The position numbers and the translations under genes are program-made. Under the pieces are notes generated by a model, which was not told the DNA's origin, ran no database searches, and saw only the letters and a list, made by a program, of their open reading frames with translations. DNA of 64,000 nt from Spirosomataceae bacterium (GTDB taxonomy: Bacteria > Bacteroidota > Bacteroidia > Cytophagales > Spirosomataceae), in the NCBI GenBank assembly GCA_046329195.1, contig JAXLVB010000001.1:2585235-2649234 (forward strand), read 5' to 3'. Of this stretch, positions 18,753 through 26,861 are shown piece after piece (the first letter of the stretch is position 1; the number at the start of each line of letters is the position of its first letter).

Positions 18753-18772
18753 TACCAAACGTTCGTTTGGTA
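18753..18772. promoter_or_regulatory. Second copy of palindrome TACCAAACGAACGTTTGGTA, 2 bp upstream of the hydrolase ATG on the minus strand. Putative TetR operator.
   Basis: The identical 18-mer CCAAACGAACGTTTGGTA is at 6443–6460. Confidence 0.5.
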
Positions 18773-19319
18773 AAGAACGCTAAAAAATAAAATCCAATGC
18801 AAGTTTTTGGTAAAAAAATGATGCTTGCATACGATTTTGAAGGAGTATTACACTTACCCTCCTTGATTTTGTCATAGAAATCAACGGAAGAAAAGAAAGT
18901 AAGGTGCATACCTTATGCCACCGATTTACCTGATAGGGGCACGAAAGCACCAAAACCACCTAAATTTATGCCCATGTAACCACCCAAGGGTTTGATGGAG
19001 CAAACTTTGCCAACTAAAAAGCCCCTTAGCTAAGTTGGATATATGAAAATATTTGTGTATTCTTGGAAAGCTATTCGTAATATAGAAGGTAGGCAAAGCG
19101 AAAATAAATCGCACTAGATGAACGAGTAGCTATAGCGGAAATGAACGCAAGTTTTTAAAATTTAAACGCAAGGGTTGCGTTTATTTGGATGTTATTGGCA
19201 ACCGTAGGACGACCACGCAACAAGCCACAGAGTGACGAAACAGTGCAGGCGACTAAAAGCAATAACAAAACGACCTAAATAATATTCTATCTTTGTATAT
19301 GCAAAACCATAGGTAAATT

Positions 19320-20372
19320 ATGACAATAGAAGAACTTGCAGAGAGCATATATGAAGTTATTAAGGACTACAGAAATCACGACAATATTTTTATTTCTCAA
19401 CAATATATACTTGAATGGGCGGAGCAATTTGAAGATGATAGACTGCTTGTTTTGACAGAGCTGAATAAAATAATTAAAGAAACATACGTTTCAAGGGAGA
19501 AGGCAAAAGAATTTGTATTCGAGCATCTTCTTGAGTATTTGAAATTATACAAATACTCAAACATTTCAACATTTTTAATTGATACAGAATTTTTAGACAT
19601 CCAACAACCACATAAAAGTCAACCCTCAATTTTATACATATTGGAAGAAGTTTTAAATGAAAAATTTCAAGATTCGTATATAAGATACAAGAATTATCCC
19701 AAATTAAACTATGTTTATTTTGATGATATTCTTGCTTCGGGCAGCACTATTGGGAGAGATTCAATAAATTTCTTGAATAGGGTAGATTCATCAGGAAAAA
19801 GGTTTGATCAAAAGGTGCAAGACAATGAGATAAAATTTTCAATCAGCGTATTTTGTTTACACACTTGGGGATTTGAATTTCAGAAATTCAGAATTCAGAA
19901 ACAATTTAGCGACAAGGTGATGAAAAAAATAAATTGGTTTTGGAATTACGAAATTCAAAATCACGCAAGGTTCAACAACCAAAAACTTAATATTGCAAAA
20001 CCTGTAAAGGGAAATAATATAAAGATAAATGGTTATTTGGAAAATTTACCCGCAACTAAACATGAAGATTACGCATACAGGAAGGCAAGTACCCCAACAA
20101 CAGAACAGTTTTTCACATCTGCGGGCAACAGAATAAAATTTGAAAATATTTTGACTGAAAAAGGAATAGATATAATCAGTATGATACAAGGCGAAGTAAA
20201 ACCAAATATAAGACCATTGGGATTGATAAACCCACAATATAAAATATTTGGGTTAGGAACTCATTTTTTTACTTGGCGTAATATTCCCAACAATTCACCT
20301 TTGGTATATTGGTGGGAAGTACACGGGCATAATTGGAAACCATTATTTTCTGTCGCAAATAGAGGGAATTAA
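19320..20372 (+). CDS. Hypothetical protein with a type-I phosphoribosyltransferase-like PRPP-binding motif (NYVYFDDILASGSTIG), inside an AT-rich island. Candidate toxin/effector.
   Basis: The motif [VIL]x[VIF]DD[IL][IL][AS][ST]G[ST]T matches the PRTase P-loop, as in PyrR VILIDDVLATARM in this same window. The gene is strongly AT-rich with atypical codon usage, and a TAtcTTTG −7-like box lies 25 bp upstream. Confidence 0.5.
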   Translation: MTIEELAESIYEVIKDYRNHDNIFISQQYILEWAEQFEDDRLLVLTELNKIIKETYVSREKAKEFVFEHLLEYLKLYKYSNISTFLIDTEFLDIQQPHKSQPSILYILEEVLNEKFQDSYIRYKNYPKLNYVYFDDILASGSTIGRDSINFLNRVDSSGKRFDQKVQDNEIKFSISVFCLHTWGFEFQKFRIQKQFSDKVMKKINWFWNYEIQNHARFNNQKLNIAKPVKGNNIKINGYLENLPATKHEDYAYRKASTPTTEQFFTSAGNRIKFENILTEKGIDIISMIQGEVKPNIRPLGLINPQYKIFGLGTHFFTWRNIPNNSPLVYWWEVHGHNWKPLFSVANRGN

Positions 20373-20393
20373 AAAAAAGTTTAATTTAGCATC

Positions 20394-21011
20394 ATGAAGC
20401 CGAGCGTAAGGGAATACCAAATCAAAAATGTCATTACGTTTGCAAAGACAGACGGACATTTTGGAGCCTTGTCAAATATGGCACCGGGATTTAATTTGTT
20501 CATTAACGAAGTTAATATTCAAAGTTCCGAAATATTATATCAAGCATGTAGATTTCCATTGTTTCCTAATATACAAGAAGAAATAATTAGGACACAAAAT
20601 CCAATGAACGCTAAAAAAATTAGCCGACAATATATTCAATATAGTCGTCAAGATTGGGACACTGTAAAGTTTAAAATTATGAAGTGGTGTTTAGAAGTTA
20701 AGCTAATTCAAAATTTTGACAAATTCTCAAATATACTTCTTTCCACTGACGACAAAACAATAGTTGAGTATTCTAAAAAAGATGCTGTTTGGGGTGCAAT
20801 ATTAAAAGACGACAAGAGCACTCTTATTGGAAAAAACGCTTTGGGGCGACTTTTAATGGAATTAAGAGAAAAAGTCAAATCAGGCGATATAAATAAATCA
20901 ACAGTTATTCTTCCACCAAATATTCCTGCATTCTTATTGTTCGGAAATATGATTGAAGACGTAAGGAGTGACGAGTACTTCATACTTGACTTAGACGAAA
21001 TCTACGCATAA
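20394..21011 (+). CDS. NADAR (YbiA/DUF1768-like) domain protein
   Basis: GHFGALSNMAPGFNLFINEVNIQSSEILYQACRF matches the NADAR core (LSNF…F…S.EHyfQA.KF). It lies 21 bp downstream of the PRTase-like gene. Confidence 0.7.
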   Translation: MKPSVREYQIKNVITFAKTDGHFGALSNMAPGFNLFINEVNIQSSEILYQACRFPLFPNIQEEIIRTQNPMNAKKISRQYIQYSRQDWDTVKFKIMKWCLEVKLIQNFDKFSNILLSTDDKTIVEYSKKDAVWGAILKDDKSTLIGKNALGRLLMELREKVKSGDINKSTVILPPNIPAFLLFGNMIEDVRSDEYFILDLDEIYA

Positions 21012-21037
21012 GAACGGCAGTCCATAACAGGCGTAAC

Positions 21038-22771
21038 TGTTGCACAACTAGCGAAAAGTGTCATGGCAGACCTTCATAACTAATTTCTAACAGGGGGGAG
21101 CTTTGGTATGGCCAACCTGTGTTGAAAATTTAGAACCCTTCTTGTCGAAGTTATAGAAGCCGTTTTGCTCCATTTTTGCCCATACAAACAGACTTCTTCC
21201 CTAATCGACAGCGCTTGCGCTACGGGCTGAACCTTTTTACGCTCAAAGCGCAAATACTTCTGCAAGTTGTAGCTCAGCGCTGCCATCAGTACGTGCTTGT
21301 TGGCCTGTGACATCCCTCGGGTGTTTACCCGCCTCCTATTCATAAAATTAATCAAGGTGCCCAGCACTGGTTCTACCGTCCGTGAACGTATCTTGCTTAT
21401 CCGATTGGCATACGCTCGATGCTTGCTCAGTTTCTCGTGCATTCGGTCGTAGTAGGGCTTGTCGATGCTCTCTTCCAACTTCTTGTACTTGGTGACTCTC
21501 CCACAGCACACCTCTCGCAGGGAGCATGATTTACAGATGCTTTCGCTTCTCCGGTACTGACGCTTGGCGTAGCCTTTGCTATCGGTCTTGATGCCTTTAA
21601 ATGTTAGTATCGCTTGCCGCCCCCCTGCTGTATGCATTCGTATTGGTCGAGTTCGGAATTATAAATAAAGCCTTCTCGTTCTGGCTTGTACTGTCCAAAA
21701 TTGGGTATATACGCATCTATACCATGCTCTTCACAATATTTCAAGGCTTTCCCTGAGCTATATCCTGCATCTGCTGCTAGTTGGTCTATTGATATAGACA
21801 CACTACCAAGATTTTCAATCGTTTGGTCAAGTATTTCTGCCAGATTCTCGCTGTCTTTGCTGCCTGCTGTACCTGCACAAGCTCCCGTGATGACATGGTG
21901 GGCATCATCCACTGCAAGTTGTCCACTATAATTTAGTTGACGGGCTTTACCTGGTTTTACTGAAATTTTGGCCTCCGGGTCGGTAGGTGAATAATGCGTG
22001 TGGTTGGATAAAAACTTGGGACGTATTAAATGACCATTTTCATCCACTCTTGATGAATCCGTATGGCCGGGCATGTCTTTATATTCCTCCTTTTTCCAGT
22101 CATGGTGTTGTTCTACCAACTTTTTGCGGGTACTCGTAACTTTATACTCAGAACCTTCTTCAAGCTCATTTATATAAGCACTTGCATCTTCTATAACTTC
22201 CTTTTCTACCAAACTATCCATACTCGCATTGGCTTTGATAAAGGCACTATCTACACACTGTCGTTTGCCTCTCACCATTCCTTTGGCTACGCATTTCTGC
22301 AATATCTGCTGAAATAACGCTAAAAACACCTGCTCACCATAAAGTTGACGTGTACGGCTAATCGTACTATGCCATGGCAATACTTCATCAATATCATATT
22401 TTAAGAACAAGCGTATGGCAAGGCTATCAGAACAGAAGGCTATCAGCTTTCGGTCTGATCGGATCGCCGAAGCGATTGATGTTGTTGAGATAACCTACAA
22501 GTAGTATCTTAAAGAAGACGACAGGGTCGATTGACTCTTGACCTTCTCTTCCATAATATTGGCTCGTAGCTCCATAGAGATACTCCAAGTCAAGAACCGT
22601 GTTGAGCTTGCGATAGTAATTGTTAGTACTGACCAAGTCTTCCAGATTGACTTGATAAAATTCTTTCGGACTGTAGTTTTTTCTGCCTTGCATACTGCTA
22701 AAATACAAAATAGACCTCAGATTTTCAATCTTTTTAGTTACTTTTGATGTACTTGAAGTAGTTGTGCAACA
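21038..22771 (-). mobile_element. IS element (IS1182/IS5-like) of 1734 bp bounded by perfect 13-bp terminal inverted repeats TGTTGCACAACTA / TAGTTGTGCAACA. No obvious target-site duplication.
   Basis: The IRs at 21038–21050 and 22759–22771 are exact reverse complements of each other, and they enclose the transposase ORFs. Confidence 0.7.
21080..22708 (-). pseudogene. IS1182/IS5-family DDE transposase split into three frames (22427–22708, 21604–22410, 21080–21637)
   Basis: The N-terminal InsH-like segment reads YYGREGQESIDPVVFFKILLVGYL. The middle DDE segment follows, then a C-terminal segment (GTLINFMNRRRVNTRGMSQANKHVLMAALSYNLQKYLRF). The three pieces are separated by two frame changes. Confidence 0.75.
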
Positions 22772-22922
22772 AGCACATCGGTTTTGTACAAGTGGGGCTG
22801 ATGGAATAAATTCAACATTTGTAATTCTATTCAGCTTTTGTGCTAAATTTTAGCTGACTTATTTCAAAACCCCACCTGCACAAAGCTGTAAACCGTTACC
22901 TGTAATTTTAAACAACATACAC

Positions 22923-23144
22923 ATGAAAAATATATTCTTACTACTGACAATACTCTCACTTTTATTTTCTCTTTACTTCCTTTATGAAAGGGCTGATATA
23001 TTTGTTGAAATTTTTAGAGGAAGACCATTCAATCAAATTCCTTTAAATGAATTAATTAAACCAACACTACTAGTAGCTCTAGGATTCTTCTTTCTTTATA
23101 TCTTTCGTAAACGACCAACAAAAACTCAAAACAATGAAAAATAA
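22923..23144 (+). CDS. Small predicted membrane protein (2 TM)
   Basis: 73 aa, hydrophobic, AT-rich; a weak call. Confidence 0.3.
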   Translation: MKNIFLLLTILSLLFSLYFLYERADIFVEIFRGRPFNQIPLNELIKPTLLVALGFFFLYIFRKRPTKTQNNEK

Positions 23145-23721
23145 ACTGATACTTTCTGTATTGCTCGTACTCTCAACTTTGACATATGGTTATGGACAAA
23201 CAAGTGCAGAATACACATCTGGCATTTCACAATTCCTAAACTGGATTTCTGAGTTAGACAATGTTTTATTAAATATTACTGACAAAGAAAAACTTAAAAC
23301 CATAGACCGTGAGTTAGGGTATGCGAGCTATGACATAAACCGAATTGCTTGGCAAAAGGAATATTTAGCCCTAAGTATTACCAGTATGAAAAACGCTAAA
23401 GAGGAAGATAAAATTGACGAATTAAGGCCTATAGTTAATGACCTAATTAATGATGTAGATAAACTAATCTCAAGACTTTGGACTATTAAAGGAGAGTTGT
23501 CACAAACAGACCAGGCAGCAGTTGACAAGATTATTCAAGATATAACATCTGGTTACCGAAATAAAAAATTACTGTATTTAAAAGACATAAAGAAATTTCT
23601 ATATGGTGAGAATGTTCCTTTGGCTAAGGTAAAAGAGGAAGCAAAACAGGCCAATGAGGTAGCTGCCGTAGCAACGGACAAAATAAATGAAGCAAGAGAA
23701 AAAATTAAACTTAAACTCTAA
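23134..23721 (+). CDS. Secreted α-helical hypothetical protein (signal peptide MKNKLILSVLLVLSTLTYGYGQ)
   Basis: 195 aa and AT-rich, with a signal peptide followed by a coiled-coil-like K/E-rich sequence. Confidence 0.45.
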   Translation: MKNKLILSVLLVLSTLTYGYGQTSAEYTSGISQFLNWISELDNVLLNITDKEKLKTIDRELGYASYDINRIAWQKEYLALSITSMKNAKEEDKIDELRPIVNDLINDVDKLISRLWTIKGELSQTDQAAVDKIIQDITSGYRNKKLLYLKDIKKFLYGENVPLAKVKEEAKQANEVAAVATDKINEAREKIKLKL

Positions 23722-24027
23722 TGATAACAATAAAAACTACAGGTAACAGCACCTACCCAAAAGGCGGGGTTTCGTGTTCCAAAGACAGTTTTGTGGTAAA
23801 TCAAACATTAGTTTTTCAAATGAATTTTTGTGGTAGATGTCCCGCCCTTCGGATAGCTGCAAAACGTTGGTGGCAACTCCGCCGTAGTCAGTGTCCCCAC
23901 TACACTGCTACCAACTGCCCCCGTTGTGGATAGTATTGGACAGAACACAAAGATAGAAAGCCGTCTGGGCCACCCCGTCTGGGTGACCCTTTCTGGGCGA
24001 CCCCATCCAGGGTAAAAATAATCCACG

Positions 24028-24954
24028 TTATGAAGTCGCTTCGAGCCAGCCAAATTTTTGCTGAATAATAGCCACTTTTTGCTCATTCAGAAAGCGCAAA
24101 TAGGAGCTCGCCACGGGGGATAAACTCTTTCCTTTTAGCCAAATCAAGTGCCACGTGCTTACAATAGGCAACCCCTTTACTTGAATTACTTGCAGACTGC
24201 CATTGGCCAGTTCGTTTTTGATGCCAATCAGCGGCATTACCGAGTAGCCCAGCCCAGCAATGACGGCTTGCTTCACGGCTTCGTTAGAGGTAAGTTCCAT
24301 TTTTTTGCGAATGGGTAACTTCTGCTCGGCTATGAATCGCTCCATCACGTACCGTGTACCAGAGCCTGCTTCCCGATAAATCAACGGAAGGCGCTCTAGC
24401 AGAGAAGTTTCATAGGTTTTTTTTGCAAATTTAGTGGCGGTATTCCCCACTAATACTAGCTTGTTGGGCATGAGCGCAACCGACTCAATTTGCAGATGCT
24501 CAGGTAGCACCGAAACCAACGAAAAATCAACCTCATTGTGCTCGAGACTTTCGATGACTTTGGCCTTGTTGGTGACGTCCAAGGCCAACTCAATGCCCTC
24601 ATGTTGGCGTAAAAAATCGGCTAAAAAGTAGGGCATGACGTACTTACCAGTCGAGACTACCGAGATTTTGAGCCGCCCCGTTAGTTGGCCTTTGTGAGCC
24701 AACGTTTTGTAATTAATAGCGTGTACTTCATCCAAAATTCGCTCGGCTGCTTGCACAATTTCCTTTCCAAAATCAGTAACGTACAACTTACGCCCAACCA
24801 CTTCAGTAAGTGGGATTTCAAACTGTTCTTGTAAGTTTTTTAGCTGAATTGATACAGCGGGCTGCGTTAAATGTAGTTCTTCGGCAGCTTTCGTAATGCT
24901 TTGTGTTTGAGCTACTTTAACTAACACTTGCAATTGATGAAGTGTGTAATTCAT
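24028..24954 (-). CDS. LysR family transcriptional regulator
   Basis: N-terminal HTH LHQLQVLVKVAQTQSITKAAEELHLTQPAVSIQLKNLQEQF. It is divergent from the IDH gene. Confidence 0.9.
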   Translation of the reverse strand: MNYTLHQLQVLVKVAQTQSITKAAEELHLTQPAVSIQLKNLQEQFEIPLTEVVGRKLYVTDFGKEIVQAAERILDEVHAINYKTLAHKGQLTGRLKISVVSTGKYVMPYFLADFLRQHEGIELALDVTNKAKVIESLEHNEVDFSLVSVLPEHLQIESVALMPNKLVLVGNTATKFAKKTYETSLLERLPLIYREAGSGTRYVMERFIAEQKLPIRKKMELTSNEAVKQAVIAGLGYSVMPLIGIKNELANGSLQVIQVKGLPIVSTWHLIWLKGKSLSPVASSYLRFLNEQKVAIIQQKFGWLEATS

Positions 24955-25047
24955 AAATTATTTTTATGATTTTTATTACAAATATAAATAAAAATATATG
25001 AAAATGCTGTTTCAACTTTGCAGCGTTCATTCAACAAAAACAAACAC

Positions 25048-26484
25048 ATGACACGTATCACCGTTGCAAAAGGAGATGGCATAGGTCCTGAAATTATGGA
25101 CGCTACGCTGCATATTATCTTAGCCGCAGGCGCACAAATCGAAATCGAAGAAATTGAGGTAGGCGAAAAAGTTTATTTGGCAGGCAACACCTCGGGTATC
25201 GCCAAAGAATCGTGGGATGTGATTCGTCGCAATAAAGTGTTTTTGAAGGCTCCCATTACCACCCCACAAGGTGGTGGTTACAAAAGCCTCAACGTAACTA
25301 CTCGGAAGTTTTTGGGCTTGTACTCAAACGTACGTCCTTGTATGAGTCTTCATCCCTTTGTTAAAACCAAACATCCCGACATGGACATTGTGATTGTTCG
25401 GGAAAACGAAGAAGACCTTTATGCAGGCATCGAACACCAGCAAACCGACGAAGTAGTGCAGTGCTTGAAGCTCATCAGCCGTCCGGGTTGCGAAAAAATC
25501 GTGCGTTATGCCTTTGAATACGCCAAGCAATATGGCCGCAAGAAAGTGACTTGTTTTACTAAGGATAACATCATGAAACAAACCGACGGGTTGTTTCACC
25601 AAGTCTTTGATGAGATTGCGAAGGAGTATCCTGAAATCGAAAATGAACATTGGATTATAGACATCGGTGCTGCTAAAATGGCCGATACACCCGAGGCATT
25701 TGACGTGATTGTGATGCCTAACCTCTATGGCGATGTGCTGTCGGATGTGGCAGCGCAAATTGCTGGCTCGGTTGGGTTGGCAGGTTCGGCCAATATTGGC
25801 GAAGAGTGTGCCATGTTCGAGGCTATTCATGGTTCAGCACCTCGTCGGGCAGGTCAAAACATGGCTAATCCATCGGGGTTATTGCAAGGGGCTATTATGA
25901 TGCTCAACCACTTAGGCCAAACCGAAGTGGCCGAAAAAGTACAAAATGCGTGGTTAAAAACCATTGAGGATGGAATCCACACCTACGATATTTTTAAAGA
26001 AGGAGTGAGTAAGCAAAAAGTGGGTACTAAGGAGTTTGCCGAAGCTGTTATCAGCAATTTGGGTCAAAAGCCTGCTACGCTCAAGTCGGTAACGTATGCC
26101 AAAGGTTCTGCGCTCAACTTACCCAAATACCAACGTAAAGCTCCTGCGACCAAAGAGCTAGTGGGAGTGGATTTGTTTGTTCATTGGAATGGCACCGACC
26201 CTAACGAACTGGCCGCCAAGGTGCAACTATTAGACAGCTCAACAGCCCAGCTTACGATGATTACCAACCGAGGAATCAAGGTATGGCCCGAAGGGTTTGA
26301 AGAGACGTTCTGTACCGACCACTGGCGATGCCGCTTTAAGCCGTCTGAAGGAGAGCATATCAGCAAGAACGACGTCGTGACACTCCTTCAAAAAGCGATT
26401 GATTTGGAGATTGACACCATCAAGACCGAAAACTTATATGCTTTTAACGGAAAACCCGCCTTCTCGCTTGGTCAAGGTCAGTAA
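25048..26484 (+). CDS. icd: Isocitrate dehydrogenase (isocitrate/isopropylmalate dehydrogenase family, NAD-IDH-like) with a ~140-aa C-terminal extension
   Basis: ITVAKGDGIGPEI, and the NLYGDVLSD…GSVGLAGSANIG motif. The catalytic domain ends around residue 350 of 479. Confidence 0.8.
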   Translation: MTRITVAKGDGIGPEIMDATLHIILAAGAQIEIEEIEVGEKVYLAGNTSGIAKESWDVIRRNKVFLKAPITTPQGGGYKSLNVTTRKFLGLYSNVRPCMSLHPFVKTKHPDMDIVIVRENEEDLYAGIEHQQTDEVVQCLKLISRPGCEKIVRYAFEYAKQYGRKKVTCFTKDNIMKQTDGLFHQVFDEIAKEYPEIENEHWIIDIGAAKMADTPEAFDVIVMPNLYGDVLSDVAAQIAGSVGLAGSANIGEECAMFEAIHGSAPRRAGQNMANPSGLLQGAIMMLNHLGQTEVAEKVQNAWLKTIEDGIHTYDIFKEGVSKQKVGTKEFAEAVISNLGQKPATLKSVTYAKGSALNLPKYQRKAPATKELVGVDLFVHWNGTDPNELAAKVQLLDSSTAQLTMITNRGIKVWPEGFEETFCTDHWRCRFKPSEGEHISKNDVVTLLQKAIDLEIDTIKTENLYAFNGKPAFSLGQGQ

Positions 26485-26515
26485 GAATCGTAAACCATTA
26501 AATCAATTCGGAACC

Positions 26516-26764
26516 ATGCAGATTCAACTCATCGAAGGGCATTTCGACACGAAAGAGGCGCTGGAAATTTTGACACAGTTGATTCATGTCAAAATCAGGT
26601 TTCACGAGAATAAGATTCAGGCATCTAGCCACGAAGAAGACATCAAAATGCGAGAAAAACGCATTAAGCATTTGCAAAAAGACCTTTATGAACTTCGCAA
26701 ACTCATTGAAAGCCACTCGGGTACGATTGACCTTCATGCCAAAGTAGAGGTTCAGCTAGCTTAA
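26516..26764 (+). CDS. Small α-helical hypothetical protein (82 aa)
   Basis: ORF with a plausible ATG; coiled-coil-like (KRIKHLQKDLYELRKLIE). Confidence 0.35.
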   Translation: MQIQLIEGHFDTKEALEILTQLIHVKIRFHENKIQASSHEEDIKMREKRIKHLQKDLYELRKLIESHSGTIDLHAKVEVQLA

Positions 26765-26861
26765 TTGTTTGTTTTGGTAAATAGGGGGCAGGAATCTTGG
26801 GTAGTTGGTGAAAATTGAAGCGATATACCTATGAAAACAAGACCTGCCCTTTCTTGCTTCC

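Noticed and set aside
18751-18909. N-terminal 53-codon extension of the α/β-hydrolase ORF
   Set aside because: It would place the 18-bp palindromic operator inside the CDS, and it encodes a hydrophobic, low-complexity peptide. A typical hydrolase N-terminus begins at MNYNTNPITIPATDGY, so the start was moved to 18750.
18926-19319. Possible tRNA or tmRNA at the island boundaries, at ~19100–19300 and ~23720–24027
   Set aside because: I read both regions for cloverleaf-compatible sequences, meaning a GTTCRANYC T-loop and CCA-proximal acceptor pairing. I found none, only a small hairpin AACGCAA-GGG-TTGCGTT. Without a search tool I cannot fully exclude a divergent tRNA.
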